Shown here one piece after another: positions 29,279 through 37,930 of a DNA stretch of 64,000 nt (position 1 is its first letter; each line of letters opens with the position of its first letter). The DNA comes from Candidatus Riflebacteria bacterium HGW-Riflebacteria-1 (GTDB lineage Bacteria > Muiribacteriota > Ozemobacteria > Ozemobacterales > Ozemobacteraceae): contig PGYB01000007.1 of NCBI GenBank assembly GCA_002839445.1, forward strand, positions 110,558-174,557, written 5' to 3'. Both the position numbers and the translations under genes were made by a program. The notes below the pieces were generated by a model, which saw only the letters and a program-made list of their open reading frames with translations, ran no database searches and was not told where the DNA came from.

Positions 29279-32200
29279 ATGGAAGATAACGAAGTAAAAA
29301 CCGTAAAAAAATCGCGCGGGGTAATGTTTTATCTCAAGATTTTTCTGGTTTTTGTTCTGCTGCTCGGCGCCTCTATGGCTATCGGGATTTATTATGTTTA
29401 TCATCGTCTGACCACTGACAGTCGGCTTGAAAAGATTATCGGTGAAAAGATAAGTGCCGCGATTCGTATGGATGTTAAGTTTGATGGTATTTCCATGTCT
29501 TTTCCGAATATTACCATCAACAATCTAAGCGTCGCGACTGATTCTCCAGAGCTCAAGCTCTCTGCAAAAATAGCGCAGTTAAATGTTACCCCAGACTTTT
29601 TCGCGGCTCTGCAGGGCGAGTTTGTGCTTGATTCTGTCAGCGTAGCATCGGGGGTAACCGTTGTCGAGCTTCCAGAATCGGCAAAGACTGCAGATGCAAC
29701 CACCGGCGAACCGGCAAAGCCGCTGGATCTGTCAACACTCAAGCTGCCGTTCAGAAACGTCAGCTTGAGCGATCTGCGATTCAGTGTTAAGAAGGGCGCT
29801 GAAAAGCCGCGTGAAGTGTTGTTGAAAAGCGCGAATCTGTCGCGGGCACTGCTGTCAAGCAGTTTGCCTTTCGATATCGAGATCGATCTGGTTGCTGTAG
29901 CTTCGTTAAAGGTTGACGGAAGTATACAATGGCCAGAGAGAATCAGCGCTTCGATCAATGTTTCTGGCAAAGACGTCGAAGAACTCAAAAAGCTGGTTCC
30001 TCAGGAGTATCAGAAGCAAGTGGCTTTCATTAAGTCCGCTAATGCTCGCGCTGATGTCGTTTACAGCCTCAAAGATGGCTCAGTAAAGGTCAGCGACTGT
30101 CATCTGGTTGTTGAACCAGGCATAAAAGCAGATCTTGGCGTAGAAGTTGCCAGCATGTCACCACTTAACGCTACGGCAACTTTCAAATTTGCTCCAGTGC
30201 AGGTTGATGCGGTCTGGCCGCTGGTCAAAGACTTTGTGCCGGCTGAGCACGGTCTTCTCGTCAAGAATGGCTCGATCTCTGCCGAAGGCTCGGTGTCGCT
30301 GCTCAATTCGGCTGTGCAGGCGATCGACGTCAGCGTGGTTTCAGAAAAAGTAACGTTGAACGCGAAGGTGCTGCCCGAAGCTGTTCAGCTTGAACGCGGC
30401 CAGATACGATACAAAGACGACAAAATCAGCTTCAGCGGCTTTACTGCGCGAATGTCTGACTCGCAACTGAAGCTTACTACCGGCAGTTTGACAGTTGCGC
30501 CGCTGTCTTTTGTTGGCGAAGTCGCTCTTGACGCTAATTTCGACAGCATCTGGAAGCTGGCAGCAGGTTTCCTCAGTGATGACGCGAAACGGGTAACACC
30601 TTCCGGCAAGGGCGTTTTCACGGGAAAAGTCTATTATGACAGCAAAGGGCCGCGTATCGACGGTAGTTTTACTGCCGATCGTATTGGTCTCAAGGAAAAG
30701 CAGACCTCAGCGCAGGCCAGCATTGAAAAGATCAAAATCCGGCTCGAAAACCTTGGCGATGCCAGGGGCAAGATTCACATCGAAAGCCTTGAAGCCAAAG
30801 GAGTTGGCGCGATGGTCAAAGTTAAAGGCGTGATGACCAACGCGCTCGATATTGGCCTCGATTTTTCAGCTGATGGCAATGTAAACATTGATGAATTCGC
30901 TAGCCTCGGAGCAAGCTTGTTCAAACTGCCGATCAGACCGGGGCAGTTCAAGGGCGAGGTGGTTCTGGCTCTGCAGGTCGGTGGCAAATTGAGTGATATC
31001 AAGCCAAAGGGCCGTCTTGAGTTGAAGAATGTTCACGCCGACATGAGCGAGCGTGGATTTGTGCTGGCGAAACTAAATGGCGCTGCCAGCGCCGATCTCG
31101 ACAAGCTCACGCTCGAAAAGGTCGCTGCCGAAATTCTTGGTGGCAAGGTTACGATCAGCGGAACTCTGAAGGATTTTAAACAGCCGACGTTTGATGCCAA
31201 TCTTGGCATAAGTGGCGCTGATCTTGGCCAGATTCGCGCGCTTATCGGCAAGAACGTGCCGGATATGCCCAAAGAGATCGAAGTCAGCGGTCGCTCTGAT
31301 TTGACTGTGCATGTTAAAGGCTCTTTTGAAAAGCCTGATATCAATGGCGAAGCGACGCTTAAAGGCGTCAGGTTTTTCCATCCTGCAGTATTCAGACCAG
31401 TTGAAAATATTGCCGGGCCGATCAAAATCAGTAATAGCGGACTGACCACGACAGGCGTTACTGCCAACTGGGGAAGCTCAGCCGCCACCGTCAGTGGTGA
31501 ACTTAAAGACTGGGCAAAGTTTGTCAGTAATTTCAAGTATACGGTGCAGCCACTTGATGCGACTGATGCCGCCGGTTTCTTTCTGAAGGATACCGGCTAT
31601 GTGTTTGATGGCAAAGGTTCTGGCAGCGGCACTATCACCGGTCCTCTCGCTAAGATAAAGGTGGCCGGCGACGCAACGATACCAACAGGTATTGTCACCG
31701 CTCCGGTTAGTGAAAAGGGCGATGTTTTCAAGTTTCCGTTTCAGAAACTTGTCGCAAATTATAATTATACCGAGCTGGTGTTCTCGGTTACCTCGGCAGA
31801 ACTCGAAATGTTCAGGGGAAAGGTTAAGGCCAGCGGCAAAGCTTTCCTGGCGTCTGAGCCAATTCGCTTCGAGTTTGACAGCAATCTCAATAACCTGATG
31901 ACCGAGGACTTTCTCAAGCAGAACACTAAATACCCGAACATGCTTACTGGCGGCCTGAACGGCAGCTTTACCGGTCGTGGCAACACTCTTGGCCTGGCAG
32001 AGCTGAATGGCGACGCGAAACTGGGTATGCCAAAGGGCACTTATAATTCTCCGCCTTTTCTTAAACAGATAGGCGACAAGTTGAACGCACCCCAGCTTGC
32101 GTCTGGAACGATTGACAATGTGTCTGGAGATTATAAGATTGCAAATGGTCGAATCAGCTCAAATAATGTTCTTGCCAAAGCAGGTGAAGACAGAGTAACT

Positions 32201-32662
32201 TTTGTCGGGTCGGTTGGTCTCGATACTACACTGGATGGTGAAGCCCGTATGCAGCTGAATCGTCAGACTGCTCTCAGGAGCAATGTTCTGCGCGAGCTCA
32301 TTGGTGACGAAGCTTCTATCGAAATTCCGGTCAGTATAAAAGGGTCATTTATGTCTCCTTCGGTTGGTATACCGCTTGATCGCATGTTAAAAGAAGCTGC
32401 TGAGCGCCGGGCAAAGTCGGCAGTAAAAAAAGAAGGCGGCAAGCTTCTTGATAAGCTGTTTGGCGTTAAGAAACAGCCAGATGCACAACCCGCTCCTCAG
32501 GCGGCGACGCAGACGGCCCCGATGGCTCCGGGAACGCCTGTTCCCACAACTCCCACCGCTACTTCTACTGTTCAGCCGGTTAAGCAGGAAACACAGCAGA
32601 AGAAGATCGAGAACACGATCAAAGATCTTGGCAAGAATCTGAAAAATATTTTCCGCCGATAA
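29279..32662 (+). CDS. AsmA-like (repeating beta-groove) envelope protein
   Basis: Single N-terminal TM helix, ~1100 aa of beta repeats, C-terminal IPVSIKGSFMSP motif. Confidence 0.8.
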   Translation: MEDNEVKTVKKSRGVMFYLKIFLVFVLLLGASMAIGIYYVYHRLTTDSRLEKIIGEKISAAIRMDVKFDGISMSFPNITINNLSVATDSPELKLSAKIAQLNVTPDFFAALQGEFVLDSVSVASGVTVVELPESAKTADATTGEPAKPLDLSTLKLPFRNVSLSDLRFSVKKGAEKPREVLLKSANLSRALLSSSLPFDIEIDLVAVASLKVDGSIQWPERISASINVSGKDVEELKKLVPQEYQKQVAFIKSANARADVVYSLKDGSVKVSDCHLVVEPGIKADLGVEVASMSPLNATATFKFAPVQVDAVWPLVKDFVPAEHGLLVKNGSISAEGSVSLLNSAVQAIDVSVVSEKVTLNAKVLPEAVQLERGQIRYKDDKISFSGFTARMSDSQLKLTTGSLTVAPLSFVGEVALDANFDSIWKLAAGFLSDDAKRVTPSGKGVFTGKVYYDSKGPRIDGSFTADRIGLKEKQTSAQASIEKIKIRLENLGDARGKIHIESLEAKGVGAMVKVKGVMTNALDIGLDFSADGNVNIDEFASLGASLFKLPIRPGQFKGEVVLALQVGGKLSDIKPKGRLELKNVHADMSERGFVLAKLNGAASADLDKLTLEKVAAEILGGKVTISGTLKDFKQPTFDANLGISGADLGQIRALIGKNVPDMPKEIEVSGRSDLTVHVKGSFEKPDINGEATLKGVRFFHPAVFRPVENIAGPIKISNSGLTTTGVTANWGSSAATVSGELKDWAKFVSNFKYTVQPLDATDAAGFFLKDTGYVFDGKGSGSGTITGPLAKIKVAGDATIPTGIVTAPVSEKGDVFKFPFQKLVANYNYTELVFSVTSAELEMFRGKVKASGKAFLASEPIRFEFDSNLNNLMTEDFLKQNTKYPNMLTGGLNGSFTGRGNTLGLAELNGDAKLGMPKGTYNSPPFLKQIGDKLNAPQLASGTIDNVSGDYKIANGRISSNNVLAKAGEDRVTFVGSVGLDTTLDGEARMQLNRQTALRSNVLRELIGDEASIEIPVSIKGSFMSPSVGIPLDRMLKEAAERRAKSAVKKEGGKLLDKLFGVKKQPDAQPAPQAATQTAPMAPGTPVPTTPTATSTVQPVKQETQQKKIENTIKDLGKNLKNIFRR

Positions 32663-32674
32663 TCAGGAGGCTGC

Positions 32675-33031
32675 TTGGAAAACAAGAATTTTACCCTCAA
32701 CTTTAAGACGTCGGGCACAGTTACCATAGTTGAGTTTAGTGGCTATCTGGCGGCCGGAGTCACTGAGAAGCTGGTTCCCGAGGTGGAATCGCGTCTGGTG
32801 CAGGGCTGCCGCAACTTTCTTTTTGATTTCAGGGGAGTCACCATGCTGGAGAGTGCTGCAGTTGCAGGCATTCTTTCTACCACTGAAAAAATAGTCGATG
32901 AGCGCCAGGGCTATCTGGCGTTCTGCAATCTCAACGATGTTTCGCAGCGTGTGCTTGAGATGGTCGGCGTTTTTCTTTATGCTGGCTGCTTTGACACTGC
33001 TGAAGAAGCTATTGCCGAAATGACCGATTAA
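32675..33031 (+). CDS. STAS domain protein (anti-sigma factor antagonist-like)
   Basis: FDFRGVTMLESAAV and QRVLEMVG; AGGAGG RBS before TTG. Confidence 0.85.
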   Translation: MENKNFTLNFKTSGTVTIVEFSGYLAAGVTEKLVPEVESRLVQGCRNFLFDFRGVTMLESAAVAGILSTTEKIVDERQGYLAFCNLNDVSQRVLEMVGVFLYAGCFDTAEEAIAEMTD

Positions 33032-33187
33032 TTTTAGACAACGAGCTGCTGAATTTTTGCTTACATTCTGGTTTATAAGACTAGAACTGGCCACTAGACA
33101 GTAGCTTCGTCTTGGTACATATTTTGCTTTGATATAGCTCGTTCTGAAATTATTATTTTTTATTATTTATTCGGAGGGAGCGACTGT

Positions 33188-34561
33188 ATGTCTAAAAACT
33201 GGGCAAGGCTGATAGCTCTTGTAACTGTTTTCTGTATGTTGTTCTCGGCAGAAGCTTTTGCTGGCAAGGGTTATGGAAAACCCGGCTGCCACAAACCCGG
33301 CTTCTTTGCTAAAATTGGTAACTGTCTGAAGAAAACCACTCAGAAGGTTGCTAAAGCTGCTAAAACAGCTGCAAAGAAAACTGGTCAGGCCATCAAGACT
33401 GCTGCCAAGAAAACTGGTCAGGCGATCAAAAGCGCCGCAGTAAAAACCGGCAAGGCTATCAAAGTAGCCGGCGCCAAAATCAACAATGCTGTTAAAGATA
33501 CTGGTGTATCAATCAAGCACAAAATTACCGGATGCAAGAACCGTGTATGGGTTGTTGGCCACTATGACAAAAATGGCAAATGGACCAAAGGTCACTGGCG
33601 CAAAAACGATCATAACCACAAACCCGGTCAGGGAAATAACCCTGGACAGGGCAATAACCCCGGTCAGGGCAATAACCCCGGACAGGGCGGCGAACCTCTG
33701 CCACCAGTAGGCAACGAACCCGGTCAGGGCAACGAGCCTGGTCAGGGCGGCGAACCAGCTCCGATCCCCGAAGAACCGACACCAACCGAACCAACTCCCG
33801 AAGAACCAGCTCCTGCTGATCCAGCCCCCGAAGTTCCGAGCCCGGCCCCCGAAGATCCGGTTCTCCCAGAACTCCCCGGCGATGAAGCACAGCCAGGCGA
33901 CGAAGGCACACCAGGAGACTCTTCAGAAGCTAATCCAGAAACCCCGGCACCTGCTGACCCGGCACCCGCAGAACCGACTCCTGAAGAACCAGCTCCGGCA
34001 GAACCGACACCCGAAGTTCCGGCTCCAGCTGACCCAGCTCCCGAACAGCCAGGCGATGACGCAGGCCAGAGTGGTCAGAGCGGCCAGGCAGGCCAGGGCG
34101 AACAGTCTGAACAGGCTGGACAGTCTGAGCAGTCTGAACAGGCCGGTCAGGCCGGACAGAGCGAACAGGCAGAAATCACACTCAGAACCATGGGCATGCT
34201 GATGAATGATCTGGTAAGACAGTCTGGTGAAATCACAGAATTCAGAAGAGCTGCCAATCCTGAGATGAGCTATTCACTGGGTGTATCTGAAAACCTCAAC
34301 AGCACCTACGACCTGCGTGAAACCAATGCAAAGCTTCTGATCAAGGTTATCGCCTGGGATCTGCAGCGCAATAACGGTGAAACAGGCGAATACTTCAGCT
34401 TCTTCACCTACAAGATGAACACTTTCGACAGCGACACCCGCAGACTGGTCAAAGATGTTATCGATCGCGTAAAAGAAAGCGTAAAACATGGCGTCGGCCA
34501 TGTAACTGAAGAAGAAAAGTCAGCCTATGACAAGAGAATGGGCGAAATCGAAGGCTTCTAA
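33188..34561 (+). CDS. Secreted low-complexity repeat protein
   Basis: Signal peptide; KTAAKKTGQAI, NNPGQG, EPTPEEPAPA and EQAGQS repeats; WVVGHY..GKWTKGHW motif. Confidence 0.75.
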   Translation: MSKNWARLIALVTVFCMLFSAEAFAGKGYGKPGCHKPGFFAKIGNCLKKTTQKVAKAAKTAAKKTGQAIKTAAKKTGQAIKSAAVKTGKAIKVAGAKINNAVKDTGVSIKHKITGCKNRVWVVGHYDKNGKWTKGHWRKNDHNHKPGQGNNPGQGNNPGQGNNPGQGGEPLPPVGNEPGQGNEPGQGGEPAPIPEEPTPTEPTPEEPAPADPAPEVPSPAPEDPVLPELPGDEAQPGDEGTPGDSSEANPETPAPADPAPAEPTPEEPAPAEPTPEVPAPADPAPEQPGDDAGQSGQSGQAGQGEQSEQAGQSEQSEQAGQAGQSEQAEITLRTMGMLMNDLVRQSGEITEFRRAANPEMSYSLGVSENLNSTYDLRETNAKLLIKVIAWDLQRNNGETGEYFSFFTYKMNTFDSDTRRLVKDVIDRVKESVKHGVGHVTEEEKSAYDKRMGEIEGF

Positions 34562-34583
34562 GCCAGAGACAAGTTAAACAAAA

Positions 34584-34611
34584 GAGCCGCCTCGTAAGAG
34601 GCGGTTTTTTT
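34584..34611 (+). terminator. Intrinsic terminator
   Basis: GCCGCCTC-gtaa-GAGGCGGT followed by a T-run. Confidence 0.85.
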
Positions 34612-34662
34612 ATGCAAAAAAAACATTGCTTTGCGCCGGCGTGGGCTCTAAAATAGGACAAT

Positions 34663-36231
34663 ATGAAGAGCGAGCAGACAAACAGACTTAACTTAAGCCA
34701 GCTTTTTCTGGCGGCCTCGGTTCTTTCGGTTATTATCACGGCTTTATGGCTGATGTACCCGAATCCGAACCGGCGCTATCATCTTGTGCTGACTGGTATG
34801 AGTAAAGGGCGAATTCGCCCGTTCAAGGCCAAATTCAAGCCATATCAGGGCAAGCGCATGGGTGGGGCGGCAGGAGTTGCTGCCGTGGCAAAAGAAGCAA
34901 TAGCCTCATTTGAAGGCCGCCCATATAACTTTTTCTCAGTTGGCAGCGAGATATCTGGTACGGCCGATGCTTATTTTACACGTGGCGAAGCGGTTATCAA
35001 GACTTTGAATGCTATCGGCATCGAAGCCATGCTGATTGGCAACATCGAGTTTACCTATGGTGCCCGCCGCCTGGCCGACCTGGTAAAATCTGCCGAATTT
35101 GGTTTTATCAGCTCAAATGTCTTTGAATCTGCCAGCGAAAGACCGCCAGATTACATTTCTTCTGAACTTTTCTTCAATCCCGGTGGTGGCCTCAAAATTG
35201 GCGTTACCGGTATTACCCCGCCAACCACCCCGACTTTGACCGCGCTCAACAATATCGAGGGCCTTGAATTCGTTGCTCCAGGCGAGACTCTTCGCCTGCA
35301 GGTTGCGGCTATGCGCAAAGCAGGCGCAGATCTGGTTGTGCTGCTGACCATGTATAGCTACGATCGCATCAAGGCTGACGAGTGGCAGGCTATAGCTTCG
35401 GCAGCGCCAGATGTCTGTGTGATGCTTGACTATGATATCGAAACGCCAGCTGCGGTTCGCCGCGATGGCGTGATAATCAAGACTGTGAGTGGTTATAATC
35501 AGTCAAAAGAGGTAGATGTTCTTGATCTCGAGATTACGCCACACCCAGTTCGGATTGTCTCATGGAAAGGGCGTCGCCTGGCGGTCAACCATGCCGAAAT
35601 AACTGCCGACAAGCAAGTTAGCGAAATTGTCGACGCAGTGACCCGCGAGAATAGAGAGTTGCGCGATCGCTACATCGGTGAGTTTGCCAGCGATTACCAG
35701 CGCGAATGGGATCGCGAATGCCCGATCGGCAATATGGTCGTTGATGCCATGCTCGCTGAAAGTGGTTGCGATATTGCTTTGCACAACAGTGGTGGTATTC
35801 AGGGCAACATTCAGGCCGGCGATTTTTCAGTGGGCGATCTTTTCAGTATGATGCCTTTTGATAATCAGATGGTAATGATGCGGTTAACTGGTCGGGAAAT
35901 CGAAGAGTTGCTTGCCGTTTCGGCAAGCCTGCAGCGTGGCCTGCTTCAGATTGCCGGCGGCAGTTACCAGTTTGGCAAAGGCGCAAACGACGATTTCGCG
36001 CTCGAATCATTTCTGATTGGTGGCGCGCCCGTGGATCCTGACAAGATGTATTCAGTGTGCACCAATAGTTTTCTTGCTGATGGCGGCGATAATTTTGCGC
36101 CGTTCAAAAAAGGCCGCGAGCTGCAGTATGGTCGACAACAGCGCGACGTCATCAGTGACTATGTGGCCAGGCACAGCGCTGACGCGCCAATGCGTCTGGG
36201 CACCGACGGTCGTATTGTCCGCCGCGAATAG
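34663..36231 (+). CDS. 5'-nucleotidase (UshA)-fold protein with degenerate metallophosphoesterase motifs
   Basis: C-domain motifs ECPIGNMVVDAM, NSGGI, MPFDN and FLADGGDNF are retained; the N-domain has GNIEF for GNHEF, SVGSE for DAGD, and no DxH. Confidence 0.8.
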   Translation: MKSEQTNRLNLSQLFLAASVLSVIITALWLMYPNPNRRYHLVLTGMSKGRIRPFKAKFKPYQGKRMGGAAGVAAVAKEAIASFEGRPYNFFSVGSEISGTADAYFTRGEAVIKTLNAIGIEAMLIGNIEFTYGARRLADLVKSAEFGFISSNVFESASERPPDYISSELFFNPGGGLKIGVTGITPPTTPTLTALNNIEGLEFVAPGETLRLQVAAMRKAGADLVVLLTMYSYDRIKADEWQAIASAAPDVCVMLDYDIETPAAVRRDGVIIKTVSGYNQSKEVDVLDLEITPHPVRIVSWKGRRLAVNHAEITADKQVSEIVDAVTRENRELRDRYIGEFASDYQREWDRECPIGNMVVDAMLAESGCDIALHNSGGIQGNIQAGDFSVGDLFSMMPFDNQMVMMRLTGREIEELLAVSASLQRGLLQIAGGSYQFGKGANDDFALESFLIGGAPVDPDKMYSVCTNSFLADGGDNFAPFKKGRELQYGRQQRDVISDYVARHSADAPMRLGTDGRIVRRE

Positions 36232-36334
36232 ATTACTGCTGCCGGCTTTGCTGAGCCGAGACTGACGATGTTTTTGCCTTTTGAATTGCCGGTTAAGATT
36301 GTTTTTAGCCTCACATCATGGTAGAATCGCAAAC

Positions 36335-37930
36335 ATGTTTGATATTTCATGGATAAATCCGGGCGGCGGCAGTATAAGCAAAGAGTCGCTGCAGCGCGAA
36401 AACAGCATGCTTAAACGGCAGATTCAGGAGCTTCTGACTCTTGATGAAACCGGCTTCTTCATTGAACTTGATTCACTGCTTAAGGCCATACTCAAAAAGG
36501 CTCTGGTTCTATGCAAGGCCGAGTCTTCGTTTTTTTCATTATCAGGGAAAGACCCGGCTGAACTTGATGTGCGCATCAGCAACCTGATTCTCGAAGAGAA
36601 GATGGTGAAGATCCGTCAGCAGTTCAAGCTGGAATACGTGCGCTGGCAAGAATCAGAAGCAGAAATGATTACCATTGAAGATTTCATTCTGCTGCCACTG
36701 GTGCGCCGGCATCGCATGCTCGGGGTTATTGGCCTGAGGCTGACTCCTGACGCGCCTGATAATATCTGTGAGATTCTGCCGATTCTGGCGGCGCAGGCGG
36801 CAGCTTCGCTCGAGAGCGCAATCCTTTATGAGCGCATGTTCAAGCGCCTGCTGGTGTTGAGTAACGTTTTTATTCTTGGCAAGGAAATCGTTTCGAACAT
36901 CGAATTGCAGCCGCTGGTCGAAAAGTTTCTGTCGATAGCCTGTGATGGCACTGACAGCGACGTAGCCTGTATTTTCCTGGTGTATGAAAAAGATGACCAG
37001 CCTTATTATTCATATCTTAAATCGACAGACTCTTCACTGAAGTTTGCCGAAGACTGCGCCAATGGCTACACGTCACTGATTCGCTCTGTTCGCGAAGATG
37101 AAAAGCATCGTATTATTAACGAACTTGCCAGCAGCGAATTCAGTCAGAGCGAGGCCGGCAAGGTCGCGGGAATTGTTCTGAGAGACACTCTCGTGCTTCC
37201 TCTCAAGCCACGCGATCGCCTGCTTGGCGTAATACAGGTCGCCAACAAGCGCGGCAATTTTTCCTACCGCCCCGAAGATCTTGATCTGCTCAAGATTCTC
37301 GGCAGTCAGGTTGCGTTTGTCATACAGAATGCTGATCTATTTAAAAATCTGCAGCGCGCGTATATCGATACCCTTTCGGCTCTTACCAGCGCGATTGACG
37401 CCAAAGACAGTTACACGCGCGGCCATTCTGAGAGGGTAACCGAGTTATCGATCAAGCTGGCGATCGACTACGGAATTGCGCCCGATGAAGTTGAAAAGAT
37501 AAAACTGGGCGGCCTGCTGCATGATATTGGCAAAATCGGTATTCATGAGGGCATTTTGAACAAGCCCGGCCGCCTCGACGATCAGGAGTTTGAGATAATC
37601 AAGTCACACCCCGATCTAGGCGTGCGCATCATGGGCAAAGTCGAGTTTCTTGAGTCGATTGTGCCGATTATCAAATTTCATCACGAGCGTTATGACGGTA
37701 AGGGTTATCCGTCTGGCTTGAGCGGTGAAGACATACCACTGCTTGCCCGAATTGTCAGCGTCGTTGATACTTTTGATGCAATGACCACCGATCGCCCTTA
37801 TCGCAAGGCGATGACTATTGAGGCTGCGCTTGCCGAGATCGAGCGCTGTGCCGGCAGTCAGTTTGATCCTGCGATTGCTGCGCATTTTGTCAGCATGGTA
37901 AAACGAGAAAACGAGCAAACACAAGCATGA
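36335..37930 (+). CDS. GAF domain(s) + HD-GYP phosphodiesterase
   Basis: AIDAKDSYTRGHSERV, LHDIGKIG, HHERYDGKGYP, DRPYRK; GAF motif LGVIQVANKR..YRPEDLDLL. Confidence 0.9.
   Translation: MFDISWINPGGGSISKESLQRENSMLKRQIQELLTLDETGFFIELDSLLKAILKKALVLCKAESSFFSLSGKDPAELDVRISNLILEEKMVKIRQQFKLEYVRWQESEAEMITIEDFILLPLVRRHRMLGVIGLRLTPDAPDNICEILPILAAQAAASLESAILYERMFKRLLVLSNVFILGKEIVSNIELQPLVEKFLSIACDGTDSDVACIFLVYEKDDQPYYSYLKSTDSSLKFAEDCANGYTSLIRSVREDEKHRIINELASSEFSQSEAGKVAGIVLRDTLVLPLKPRDRLLGVIQVANKRGNFSYRPEDLDLLKILGSQVAFVIQNADLFKNLQRAYIDTLSALTSAIDAKDSYTRGHSERVTELSIKLAIDYGIAPDEVEKIKLGGLLHDIGKIGIHEGILNKPGRLDDQEFEIIKSHPDLGVRIMGKVEFLESIVPIIKFHHERYDGKGYPSGLSGEDIPLLARIVSVVDTFDAMTTDRPYRKAMTIEAALAEIERCAGSQFDPAIAAHFVSMVKRENEQTQA

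Noticed and set aside
33620..34170. Possible CRISPR-like or DNA-level repeat array
   Set aside because: The repeats are in-frame codon repeats with synonymous variation and no unique spacers; no cas genes are present
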